A stretch of DNA of 64,000 nt from Haplodiscus bocki. Taxonomy: Eukaryota. The stretch covers positions 89,590,001-89,654,000 of the forward strand of contig OZ296648.1 in the NCBI GenBank assembly GCA_965655095.1. Reading direction: 5' to 3'. This document shows positions 36,671-49,056 of the stretch, one piece after another; the stretch's first letter is position 1; every line of letters begins with the position of its first letter. Under the pieces are notes generated by a model. It was given only the letters and a program-made list of their open reading frames with translations, was not told where the DNA came from and made no database searches. Made by a program: the position numbers and the translations under genes.

Positions 36671-39600
36671 CTTTCGTCCTACCAGCAGCACCTACACAAT
36701 CCACGACGACTTCCGTTAGTTTCGATTACGGTTCCTAGCACAGGCTTGTCCGGCTAGAAGTTGATATAGGATTAGTCGCCCGGTAGCAGCGAGCAGCCAC
36801 CGCACCGTGGCCCATTTTGTGACTCCCATTTTTCTAAAATCCCTTTTTTGTGAATTTTTCCCCTTTTTTGCTAAGACTTAGTTTTAATTATTCATTGGTA
36901 AAAGTAAAATGTTTTTTATTCACGACCTATTGGCAGTCCCTATAACGTATGCCTTGGTCGCAGATAAAAGAGAATAAAATTTATTTATTGCTGGTGTCCC
37001 GTGGGTCCGGACTGTTAATCGGCAGGTGACTAAATACCAGCTTAACATTAAAACCCGATACCGCGGTCTTTTTTCTATACTAAGAGTACTGTAAAATGCA
37101 TGTAATGTAAAATGCATGTAATTTGAACCCCCTTTTCCTACAGACTGGCCTATCCAGCTTGGGACTAAAACAGGGGCTAGTCTTTTTTTACCCGTAATCC
37201 TAGTTTATCTAGAGAGACGTGGTATAGCTAAACGTAAAAGAAACTGTAAAATGGCGGGCTAAAAAGAGCCGACCAGAGATAAGACGGGACTTGTTCGCCA
37301 CCCGCACTGGTCAAAAAGTAAAATGGCGTATATGAAACGTTTTGTTCTATTATCAGGCAGTGGATGTGGATGTGGATTAGCTTTAATTTTGATGTTTTGT
37401 AATTTTAATTTATAACTTTAAAAATTCTTGGGACTAAATTTGAATAGTCCAAGAATCTATTGTAACAATTTATTTTATAATTCAATTGGACTGAATTGAA
37501 CAAACCCAAATTCTATTCATGATTTCATAGATTCTAAATTAAATTTAACTCAATAAATTCAACGCTTATATTTAATTTCATAATTTCAATTCAGACTAAA
37601 ATAAAGTAGTCTGAATTGGTGGATGTTGATTTCATTTTACAATTTTAATTCAGACTTTATTAAAGTGGTTTGGATTATTTGATTTTGATTTTATTTTCAC
37701 TCCTAAAGTAGAATTAATTTAACGTGATAATAATTCAACAATTTATGGCATCCCCTAATTAACCCCTCGTCTATTCTTCCAACTTCTTGTTGAATAAAAT
37801 GAGATATCTTCGCTGAAGTAACGGGCCAAAATTGATATGCTATAAATTGGATATAAATAGAAGAAAGTTGATTTTTTGAAGCAACTATTTAATGGAAAGG
37901 TACAGACCATGTGGTGAAATTCCCTGCGCTATCCTACGATTACAGCTTAGTAACTTCCCCTTACGAACGTGCAGTCTTTCAAAATTTGAAATTTGGCAAA
38001 CTGAATACGCTTACCAATAATTTAACATTCCTTCGTACCATTCTTCGTTATAGCTCAAAAGTCCTTGCTTGAATTCACGCAATCCCTTTGTTCACACGGT
38101 TAAGCAAGGCGCACTATTGAGACTTATAAATAAAAGCCGTCGCTACCACGCAGCAGTGCTGACGAAGTCAACCGCCAGCACAACTAAGTAGATAATAGAC
38201 TTTCAATACCCCTACCGCGTGCGACAAGTGGAACATTTCTGATGCTTCTTGGAAAGAGAAAGTATATTAGGTATTTCAATCTGTTGTTCTTAACAGAGCC
38301 TTTTTAGATAAACATGAACTTCTCGAAAAAGTTCACAGAGAAAGATCTTCAAAATCAATTCTTCCTCCGCTGGAAGAAGAAGGATCTTTTTGTTGTTGCT
38401 GGTAATTGGAGCGATAGAAGAAATTTTTGCTGAGGAACTTTTTCCAGAGGAGAAGAAGAAGAGAGATGAAGATAGATTTAACAGAAGGTGATTGCTAGTC
38501 CTTCCCTCTGTGGTAAAATTTGTTCAATGATTTACAAAAGATAACTCGTGTAACTTTCTAAACTTCAACAGCAAGCGCAAAAAGAAAATTTTTACCAGAA
38601 AAACAGTAGTCTGAGATGCAACTGGAGAACGGAAGGAGTTTATTTGATATGATATCTTCTACCATGATAGAAAAAGATCTTGAAGACAAAACTGAAACTG
38701 ACTTTATTTGTGAAGAAGTCCATACAGATGTCTTTTTAATGAAGTCGACAGTTGTTTTCGAGATTTCGAGAAAGTGCAACTTTTTAATCAGAAACTGGTT
38801 GGTTCAACGTCAACTTGACTTTAACTGACTTGGTCGGGCAAGAAGCATCTGACCAGAACAAAACTGATCCCTTAAAAGCATCAATGAAAAACATGAACCC
38901 TAAAGTGTTTAGCGCAAAGCTCGTTGAATCAGGAGCTAGTAGAGTGCACTGCTCCGAAAACTTACCGCCGGCAAGCAACCATTAGGAAGTGAAGCGAAAA
39001 AACAAGGCAAGAGAAAAGGAAAAGTTTAAAAAGCAGAAAATATTGAGGCTTATTACATTCATATCCGTCAGCACACAAATCTTGCTCCCAAACAAACCAT
39101 TTTTTCAAGCTTTTAAATTCGGCTCCTAGTCAATGCTGAGACTGGAGGAAGAGAAATACATCCCTCAGACTAATGCTTGGAAGTGCCGGGCGTGTCATGC
39201 TTAGAAAAACTTAAAAACAAACTTGTAATTTTTCCGATGAATTTCATGGGAGAGAAAGCTACTGGAAAAATATTGACGGTTCAAATTGTTTACTGCAGGA
39301 GTCGTGCAAGACACTAAATGAAGTCTACCACAAACTAACCCGGCTTCTAAACACAATGTTTAAGAGGTTGTTAGAAAATGGATGTTTTCCCTACCTTCTG
39401 CAAGTTTCTAATGCCAAAAGATCGCCAAGAAAGACTCCAAGAGATGAAAAAGTGTTTGATGGTGACTTGTAATCAAACAGATTTATGGCTCACCACTATG
39501 TAAAGTAATCAATAACTTTAACGTCTTTGGAGCGCGCGAAATCTTAAGGTCATTGATGGAGAAGTGGAAAAACTCAAAGTTCGGAAAATTTCTGTGGCAG

Positions 39601-40349
39601 GGTCTTCTGCGAAAATCCAGAAAAACACAAAGGCTTTGCAGAGAGGCGTAGAAGTCTCGGTTTTTCCAAGTCAAGTATAATGAAGCCAATAGTGAGCATG
39701 GGAAACTGATTGACTAGCAGAGAAATCATTTCCGTTGAAAACTAATAGAAACGATTTTTTCCTACATTATTCGTCAAACACTACTAACAATGAAACCAAG
39801 AACCAACTAGTGAAAACAGAAATGCTTTCACAACACTTTTGGCCACGTTCCAGAATACCAATGATCGCACGAGGTACGAAAACTGCACTGAAGGTTCCGG
39901 TGAGTGCCCAAATATTGGAAAAACAAGAGCTTTTTGCTTTTTAGGCAAAACCTGATTGAAAACTTTTTTCATCAGGAATTAAAACATCACGCCGCTCGAC
40001 TGAAAGTTCTTTCAATTATTTTTCGAAAGTTCTTTAGAAAACCGAGTTTACTGTAGGAACAGGATTCAAAAATAACATCTTTGACCTTTAAATTTCCGAA
40101 AATTACTTTTTCCTGGTTAGAAACACGTCGAAAGATTTTTTTCAGCTGCCCAGAAAATGCAAAACGATAAATTGGTACCAGTTGTTAATTCTTCTCTAAA
40201 ACTTCAAAGAAATCGGACTTATCTTTGCCGACAAGTTTCGGAAGTTCTTGATGAGAAGCACAGTGTGGTCACGAGGCGGGAAGCATGACAAAAATGTGTC
40301 TGATGTGTTTATGGCGACAAAAATCTTGGTTCTTTTCGCCTAATATGTA

Positions 40350-41860
40350 AACTAATACCAACGTTTTACAAACTTTTCATTTCCTTGTTTTCCGGGATTT
40401 TTTCCGTGTTATTAACCTTGTTCACATAATATTTAAATTTTTTTATATAAATGGTTTTTGTAGCAACAACATTTATTGTTGTTACAACGTCCATCAATAG
40501 ATGGTTTCAGAGTCAACAAACTTGGTTGTTTCCAAACTGTTTTTTTTTGGTTGTGTTTTTGTCAAAGCGGTTGCAAACTCACAAATATAATTTGGTTTTC
40601 AAACGATGAAGTAATAAACTATTTTTTTGGAGTTCTTAAAACCATTTTGGCTGAATACACTTTGTAATCTGAATTTATTTCGCAGAGATCAAAATTTTCT
40701 GATTTTTTTCTCCAAGTTTTTCGCTTTATCAAAAGCAAAGTCTTCGAAAATTTGTACATAACGCACAACGTTTTGTCTGTATTGTCTTCATTGTCTTCTT
40801 TTGGTATCAGTATGCCGGACTAAGGCAAAATTGTCTCTTTTTTACATTTTCCATTGTTGCGCCAAGGGAGGCTTCTTTCATCAACTTGTAAAGTTCTTTT
40901 TCAAAATCCATATTTGCATTCTTTAATCAACCTGAGCAGTGTTATGAAATCAAGTTAAGTTTTCAGCCGTCGTCTCCTCTTACAGATGAAGATTGTGTTT
41001 TTTGCTGAGACGCGCATTTCTTGTCATGAGAAAATCTTTTGTATTCTTTATTGTAGCATGTACTTATATTAATTTTCTGTAATCACAATTTAGTTGAAAA
41101 TTTGCTTCTTAGTTGGGCTACTAGGTAGCATGATTACAACTTCTGATATTTCCCGGTTTAGAAGTGTGGATAATGGGTCAAAGAAGGAGTTTTTGTATTT
41201 TTTGTTTCATTGGGGTGGGGTTCAAATTGTGGAGAAGATTCTTCAATACAGTTCCATTCTGTTTTGTCGGGGATGTTTAGGGTTTAGTCTAGTAGTTTAG
41301 TAGTTGTTTCCCGAAGGTTTTAGAAGGCGTTTTTTGGAGGTTTCCGATTTGCAAACACTGACCCGTTTCTCAGCCATAGAAAGTTTTTGCATCGTTGTAC
41401 AGAAGTTTCAAAAGATCTTTTTCTGTCTCCCGCCCGTTCTTCTAAAAAGCCAATTACCAAAAAATCAATATCTTTTATTGAGAATTCTTCATACACAGAG
41501 TTCTGAGTATTAGAAATCTGATTAAAAAAGTTCAGATCCACCGAACGTTGACGTGCAATCTGGGCTTTTCAGGAGGCGATCCACCATTACTCTCGAAAAA
41601 ACTCCTCTCGCTCTATTCTCCAACAGTAACTGCAAATGAAGATAATAATAAGCGAAATCCTCCCGGAGTAGGTTAACATTTACACCAGTGTTTCATGTAT
41701 GTTCTGGTATTGAGTAGGAGTGTATACTTTCGAAAATCTGACAAAGCGGTTTTGCAAAGGTTTCAAACACGTCAGCCAAGACGTCTTTTTTTCAGATATA
41801 ACATGGTTCTATCTCGTCCACTCTGGTCACCACACTTTCTACCTATTATACTTGTTCGCA
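40350..41860 (-). pseudogene. Maverick/Polinton protein-primed family B DNA polymerase pseudogene
   Basis: Minus-strand motifs occur in the correct order: ExoIII LYLK-DVLADVFETF (~41757-41803), LLLENRARG (RGG region), motif A KLLYNDAKTFYG*ETGQCL (~41350-41408) and motif B DFEKELYKLMKEASLGATMENVKKR (~40835-40910). Many stops and indels; a weaker N-terminal signal may extend to ~42700. Confidence 0.75.
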
Positions 41861-44800
41861 TTTTATCTTTGTGTTCAAAGTAACTTCGGTTCAGAGTCAA
41901 ACAAACTTCCTCTCTAGCAATGTTGGGATTTTTTGATTCGGATAGTTGTCCATCCTTTGGTCAAAAATTTTCTCAAAAAGATAAAACAATCTGTCTTTGA
42001 AAAGACGGTCTTGATATCCTCATATGTCTATTTTTGGGAACCATTTCAGAGAAGTAACTAAAACTTCTATACATTCTCCCAAAGATCTAAAACGGTACAA
42101 TACTCCAAAATATTTTTTTTAGTTTTACTAATTTAGTTAGTACTAATTTAGTTTCCCATTGATTTTGGACATAAATAATATGTGAAATTTCCCTAATTAA
42201 ATGAGTGCCGTAATATATCTTGATAGAACCGATGGTTGACGTAACTTTGAAGTTTGCGTAAAACTACAGGGACTAAAGAAAGGCTTCTTTTTAAAATTGA
42301 GACTCCATTCATTATGACTTGCTCCTCTGCATGCACCTGTAAATTGATTAGCACCTCTAACTTATTTAAACAAGATTGCTTCCAAGCTTTTCAAAATATT
42401 TTTTTTGTTTGAGGTGATTTCGGTTATATATTTTTCGAATAGGTTTTCACCGTCAAAAGGAATAGCACATAACCAGCAATGGTTGATTTTTTTTGGAAAT
42501 GCTTTTTTCTTGTTGTGAACTTTTTCTGGGATAAATGTATGCTTTCAGAAAACATTGCCTTGCTTCTTTTTCGGCATTCGATTGAGGAACCATTTCGCGG
42601 AATCGAGTCCCCAGTGGTAATATTACTTTTGATACGAGGATTTCATTCAATATTTGTCCATAGGTTTTCGTTCGAATATTGTTTCTCAATATAATTCGTT
42701 ATTTTCAATACCCTTGAGTACTTTATTTAAACTCTAAAAGTCTGCCTGCACTTTTGTTGGAACATCAATGTTCCTGAAGTGGTATTCACACTGCGAACTT
42801 TTGAAAAAAATAAATTCTGTTTATTCGCTTTTGTTTACACATCCTTCTATATAATTTTCGAGAACAGGGTCTGAATCAAAAGTAGTTAACTTTTTCTGAA
42901 AGTGTGTTTCGTCTGTGATTTTTTTTTGACACAAGGCTATCATTGTGTTATCAAACTGTAAGGGTTTTTCTTTAATGAGATATCTTCTTGCTTCTCTGTA
43001 TACTGGATATTGAAGTGATTTGGAGTTAAAAGACTTGCACCGTCGTGTATCTGATTTCCAACCTGTGAGTTTCTTTCTAAAAGGTCTACTTTAAACTGTA
43101 CTTGTTCATTTTCATCAAGAACATGACGTTTTTGTCTGAAGGAGTTTGTGTTCTTGTGATCACTGAAAAAAAGTTGCTTCTTTTCCTGTGACTGACAAAA
43201 ACTTTATTTTGACTGAAAAAAGTTTGAAGTTTTTCTGCATGTTTCACACGTTTCATGTTTTATGTATCATAACAACTTTTAAGTTCTGAAAATACGCTTT
43301 GGAGAGTGCTCAGTTTTCTAATGGCAGAGGTTGCAATAATTTTTCCTTGCTTTTCCATGCCGATCACTTGAAAAATGAGAAAATTGTTATCTAGATGTTA
43401 ATATCTTGTACATTTTTTACTTTGAAAAAGACTGTCTAATTCAAATTTTTAACTACTGAATAAATTTTAATCGAAGTATTCTTGAAAAATTTTAACCCTT
43501 TTTTGGGTACTGAAATTTGCAAGTTTCAAAACTACGGCTTCCTTTCAAAACTTTCAATTAGTTTGACAGTTAAACTTGATTTGATTTCCGCTCTTGAAAA
43601 TTAGTTAGGAAAAAAGTCTAAAAAAGCTTCTTCTTCTCTCCTTGAAGAAGGTAAACGAATGTTTCTTGTAAAAAGTGGATGATCTTTTCAGATGCTTGTA
43701 GAACTTTTTGGAAGTTTCTATGAAAGTTTTGCCATACAACTTTCTTTTTTCATCTAAGGTTGCCTGTTTGAGTGAGGCCGTTTTTTTAATAAATATTAGT
43801 TTTCTTTCTTTTTGATAGGTCCACTCAAAGCTTTATTACTCACTTTTACTCCACCTCCAGGTCCAGGAGTTTTATCAAACACATTCAATTCAACACCAGC
43901 TACTGATAGGTTAGAACTTGTGGTTCCTCCCGGATGTACAGTGTGTATCTGATAATTTTGTTTTTTTTTCATAGGTCTAACGAGTTACATTTTTTTCTAG
44001 TCGAACGGAGCGAAGCCAACTCGCACAAGGACACTTCAATATGATTTCGTTTTCTTCCGTCCGTGACATCTCTTTGCGTTTCATCTCTTCAAATTTATTG
44101 CCCACTTTATTTAAGCAATGTGTACAACAGTTGGTTCTAGTTTTGATGCAAGTTTCGACTCCGAGCAAAACTTTCAATTGATTTATTGCAAAAAATGTCA
44201 AAACATAGACCTCTTCAAGACTTGCCTACTCCTCCAAAGACTTTTTACCCTGTTGTGCAAACAATAAGAGTAAACTGGGCTTAGTGATGCCACCTGAGTT
44301 GCTCGGAGAAGCAATCGACATCTTTTTAGGGTACGCTTAGTCCTAGATAGGTGGCCTGGAAAAGGTACTCCTTAGATTTACAGCACTTTTTTCTAAACGT
44401 TTCTGCCCTTTGCGAAGATTTACTGAGACTCTCATCGCGTGGAAAGTTTTTAGTCGAGTTTTCTGAAAACACTTATTTATAAACACTGCTTTTTGGGAAG
44501 ATTTTTAGTTTACAGATTCGTCATTCTTTCTTAAAAGCCCCAGTTGTCAGATTTTGGAACCTGGCTGCTCTGGGACGGCCATTTATGAACAGCGACTGGC
44601 CTTCGCTGATTTTTGAGATGTTAAAATTTTCTGCTAAATTTTGTTTCAAGTTAGGAGGGTTTCCCTGAAGCACCGCTGTTATCTCAATTGGTTATTTTCT
44701 TCCTAATCTCTCCGGATTTCGCTACATGCTTTTTGGCAGTGCATAAGTATGTGGTCAACATTTCCTTTAAGTGGTTGAGTACCTTAGCGATCCTTGGGCT

Positions 44801-45829
44801 AAGCACCTAGCGCCTATGTTTTTGTTGATGATATCCTTCCTATTATATCTGCTCATATCTGCTCATCAGGTTGAGATTAGTGATTATTCATTGAATCCTT
44901 AGAGCTATCAACGTCAATAAAGTCCTTTCTAATACTGGTTTTTCCAGAGAATTACAAAGTAAATCCAGTAAAAGTTAAATTTTTTTTCAAGTGAAAATTT
45001 TTTTATACATTTTTTCTTCACAAAAAAAACTTTTTTTCCTGGAAAAGTCTGAATTCTTTTCTTCAATCTTCAATTGCATTCCTCAAGACGTATCTTCGTA
45101 ATCTTTTATAATACGTTTTCTTGTAGGGTTTTCTAGTTTTGACATGAAAAGTTCACCAATACTTGTTCTACTAATGGTTCCATTTCTTCCCTCAAAGGAT
45201 CTTCTGTTAGTGTTATGTAGTTCTGCCACAGAAGATCCGTTTTTGGGAAATTGTCAGAGAAGCCTTCGTCGTACAAAATTATTTTGTATGCAGTATGGGA
45301 ACAGTTTTAGCGTGTTCAATTTGATTCTTCAGTTTCAAATACTCTTTTTCGTTTTTTATCTATCATCTGTGCTCTTACCGGGATGGTGTATTTGAACTTA
45401 ATGTATCGCGTTTTCAGTATTTCATAACTTTGATTCAGAAAATTCAAAATTATTAAACTTATCACTAGATCGAGTATTTCTTTCCTCGTTTTTCTTGGAG
45501 TTTTATAGTCCTAATTCAAATAAAAAACTGTTGAATTTTACTTGTTGTATGTTGGCTTTTATCCATACTAAATTATTTTGGAGTTGAGTGTCAGACTTCC
45601 ATATTCTCCTGAAGTAAATTGATTTTCTTCAGCTTCAATGAAAGATGGAATTGTCAGATTGTTTATTTCATTTTGAAGTTTTTCATTGAATTTTTCGCTA
45701 ATTTTGATTGTTTTTCATTCGGCTGGTCACGAGGATTCAGATTCTTGAGTAGAAATCTGAATCTTGTTCAATTGATTCAGTTTTCAAAGTTTGAATATTT
45801 CGACAATTTGTAATATTTTTGTTTCACCT

Positions 45830-47400
45830 TCTAATCTTAAAACTGGTATCTTTTTTTCATAACGTTTAGTGTGAAAAAGTTATGATTTGCAACAACTTCT
45901 AATTGAATGAAGAATTTGTTTATGATGGGGTTTATTGCATTTTTGTGTATGACGAAAAAAAAATCCAACACTTTTGTTCCCACTTGAGTGCCTCTTGTTC
46001 TGAACAGTTTCCAAACTATTAACAGTTTATTTCTACTTGTGTCTTGAAAAAGAAATATTGCAACTGCCGATGTAGTTGAAGTGATGGTGAAAGCGAGAAA
46101 AAGTTCACAAATAGTAAAACAATTGTTTCGCTTGAGTTATTGTTTGCACTATATCTGGATTCAATATACTCCTAGCTAAAATATGAGAAATGACAGTTTC
46201 AAGTTATCATTTTCGGAAAACCAGCTTCGTGGGATAGAAAATTGATTCCAGAGCGAGAAGTTTACCTTGATTTAGAGATACCTGTATAATTTACCAGAAA
46301 TACAGCAAAAAAAATTCAAGGTGTTACAGTTTTTTTGATAACTCAAGAAAGGTAATTGAACATCACTGCTTATTTCCTTGAAGAAGTATGGCCAAGAATA
46401 GAATTCTTGACGACATTTACTCGGTTGATCAAAACACAGAGCCCTGAAACTGGGCAATTAAAACTCTAATTCCAAAACCATTCAAATTGCTCATGCTGTT
46501 CGTTTGCTGAACCTTTCCGACTTAATCAAAAAAGTTGACTTCACAAGACCGTGAGTAGTGTATTTTTTCCTATGATACTCCAACCTCTTTTTAACACATT
46601 TTAGGACTAAAATCTTCTCACAAATTTTGGCTTAAATAAAAAAACTGACCTAAAGTTTGTACTTTTTCATACAACTTAAATTTTTTCAGAACACTTGGCC
46701 TGAAAATTATATCTCTCCGTAAAAATTCGAATTTCGAAAAAGTCAAGTTTCAATTTTTTTTAATTTCAGACTGTGTAGAATAATCGAAAGTCAAAAACAT
46801 CCATATTCGAAAAGTTTAATTCTGGAAGAGTTCAAAAACTTCAAAATTCAATAAATTCAAATTTCAAAAACTTTTGTTTCTGAAAACCTCAAATTTTCAA
46901 AAACTTTAGTTTTAAAAAAATCGAAGGAGAAATGTTTCAAAAATTTCAATTTCAAATTTCTGTAAGGACATTATTTATTGAAGAAAAAATTTTTTATACT
47001 CTTATTCCTTATTCTAAGCTGAAAAATGGTACGCATTTCTGATATCTTTCACTGTGAAAAACTTTAGATCTGCGATAACTTCAAATTGAATGAAAAGTTT
47101 GTTTGTGATGGTATGTGATGCAAATTTGTGTGAGACAAAAAAATGCAACACTTGTGTTTCCACTTGAGTGCATGCATCTTGTTCAGTGAAACAAAATGAA
47201 ATTGAATAGTTTTTTTTTCAGTTTGCGCATTCTAAATAATTAGTAATGTAAATCTCGATATAGTGAAAGAGATAGTGAAAGCGGAAAAAATAATTTGTAA
47301 TTTATACAATGCTTTTGCGAAAACAAAAAAAATTACAAATAAAAATAGTTTTTTTTGCTTAATGTATCGATTGCGCTATATCGGGATTTAAACTATTACT
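45830..47400 (+). repeat. ~1.2 kb repeat unit with partial tandem duplication (45830-46170 ~ 47020-47400)
   Basis: Colinear blocks such as AATTGAATGAA-AA-TTTGTTT-TGATGG and CCACTTGAGTGC occur in both copies. 46070-46950 is the inverted partner of 30090-31010. Confidence 0.75.
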
Positions 47401-48348
47401 TTAGTGGCGCCATTGTTACAGCGTATGTCATTGTGAATTTATTTTCTGTTTCATACTCAACGTTTCTTCGCTTCTCGCATTGCTACAAACTGGTTTGAAA
47501 CACGCAGTGCAATGGGAGTTGCCCTAAATTCGTCCAAACGAGAACTCGTCTGAGCTCACAGCTTATTAAGTCTGAAAATACCCTTTTTTAAAAGAACGAT
47601 ACAATTCGTTTGCAACATATTATACATGAAACATATAGATACAACAAACAGAAACTTTGTTAGCTGTCCGGGTGTCAGTTTATCTACAGTTTCGATGAAA
47701 ATTTCATGCCATTTGGAAACTACTTTACTGATGACCACAGAAAAATTTACCCGATTTTTTAAGCTGTCTTTGTGGAGAAATGCAGATAAATTTGCCTGCT
47801 ATTACATGTGCCGCAAGTAAAGCATTTATGCTTCTCAGGTAATGTTTCATGCTTTTCATTTCGGGGGTTTAAGTCATAGACGATTTCAGAGCTGATCAGA
47901 AAGTATCAGTGACGACCAAAATTTTCTGGACTATTATTACACGACTTAACTAACTGTTAAAAAAATATGACAGCTTTCTTCATCTACAATATGCAACAAA
48001 TGTTTTATAAAGGTGACACGGTATGGCCTTCTATCAGATGTTGTTCATCGGGAAAGTGTGTCTTCAGCACAACTTGCAGAATGATTGAGTCTAAGCTTCA
48101 AAGCAGTATAAGTAAAGACGATAAAGTAAAGTGCGTAGTTATCAATCCTAAACACACGCACCGTCATTTGATTTGCTTGAGCATACCGCCTAAATGTTTG
48201 GAGTTTATAACACATTTGAAGATTCTACACAATTCGTTTGGTAAGTTGTGGTTTTTCATGAGAAAAAAACATTTCTTGTACTTATAATAATTGTTACAGA
48301 ATATCCTCCGTTGAGTTGAATTATGCAATCAAAGAATCAGCCACGCCA

Positions 48349-49044
48349 TCCAGGTTGACGTCTCTGAGACATTCAGTGCTGAACAGCTCTCATTCAGGAT
48401 AATTTCAGGTCTGTTTCAGCGCTGTTCATTACCTGAAAATCTCTGAACAGCGTTGATTCAGCTCAAAACATCGCTGATTTTGACGGATTCAAAATGACAA
48501 CTTTCAGTTAATTTTTCATATTATTCGAAATTCTAGAAAAAGTAACTCAATTTTGAGGCACATAATTCAGATTTTCAGCCCACTTTGCGAATAGAAGTGA
48601 ACAACAATTTTGTTGTCCAATCTTTTTGCGGTCTAAAGGTTGAAAAATTACTCGAAAGTTTGGGTTTTCTGTTACTGGTCAGGTAACAAAACTGATAAAG
48701 TTCAATTTTTCAAAAGCATTTTCTCGCATAGTCGGATGAACTTCGAAGACCATTTCAGAAAATTTCGAGTTTTTTCCGTCAATTTCCAGAATATTAGGAG
48801 AAATTTACATTTTTGAAAACAAAGAATGCATTTTAACGACTACTTCAAGCGTTTTCATCACTTCTGACTACGTTATCACAATGTGATATTCCCATCTGCA
48901 TGTTTTAATATCAGAGATAATTCAAAGAAAATCATAACTGATCAGCATTGATGTTTTTCATGTTCTCTGAATCAGCGCTGAAAAATGTCAAAACTCTGAA
49001 AGAGCGCTGTTGAGAGCTGGTTATCTCAAGGATTTCAACCCGGG
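48349..49044. mobile_element. MITE-like non-autonomous DNA transposon with imperfect TIRs
   Basis: Left end TCCAGGTTGACGTCTCTGAGACATTCAGTGCTGAACAGC; reverse complement of right end CCCGGGTTGAAATCCTTGAGATAACCAGCTCTCAACAGC. Subterminal TCAGCGCTGA-type palindromes; no ORF. Confidence 0.65.
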
Positions 49045-49056
49045 ATACTTTATATC

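Larger units (their letters stand above)
34610..38226 (+). mobile_element. Solo LTR, family B (3617 bp), 4-bp TSD AGTG
   Basis: Begins TGTCGC and ends GCGACA; AGTG at 34606-34609 and 38227-38230. Termini and internal blocks are homologous to 49635-51980. No coding capacity; AATAAA at ~38129. Confidence 0.85.

Noticed and set aside
33400-39000. Host gene exons flanking the family B LTR (33541-34030, 38330-38980)
   Set aside because: Purine-rich and vaguely protein-like, but interrupted by stops, with no consistent strand, splice structure or recognisable domain.
45100-45800. Polinton minor capsid (penton) remnant on the minus strand
   Set aside because: Only vague similarity (…YITLTED…VNFSCQ); not supportable without a profile search.
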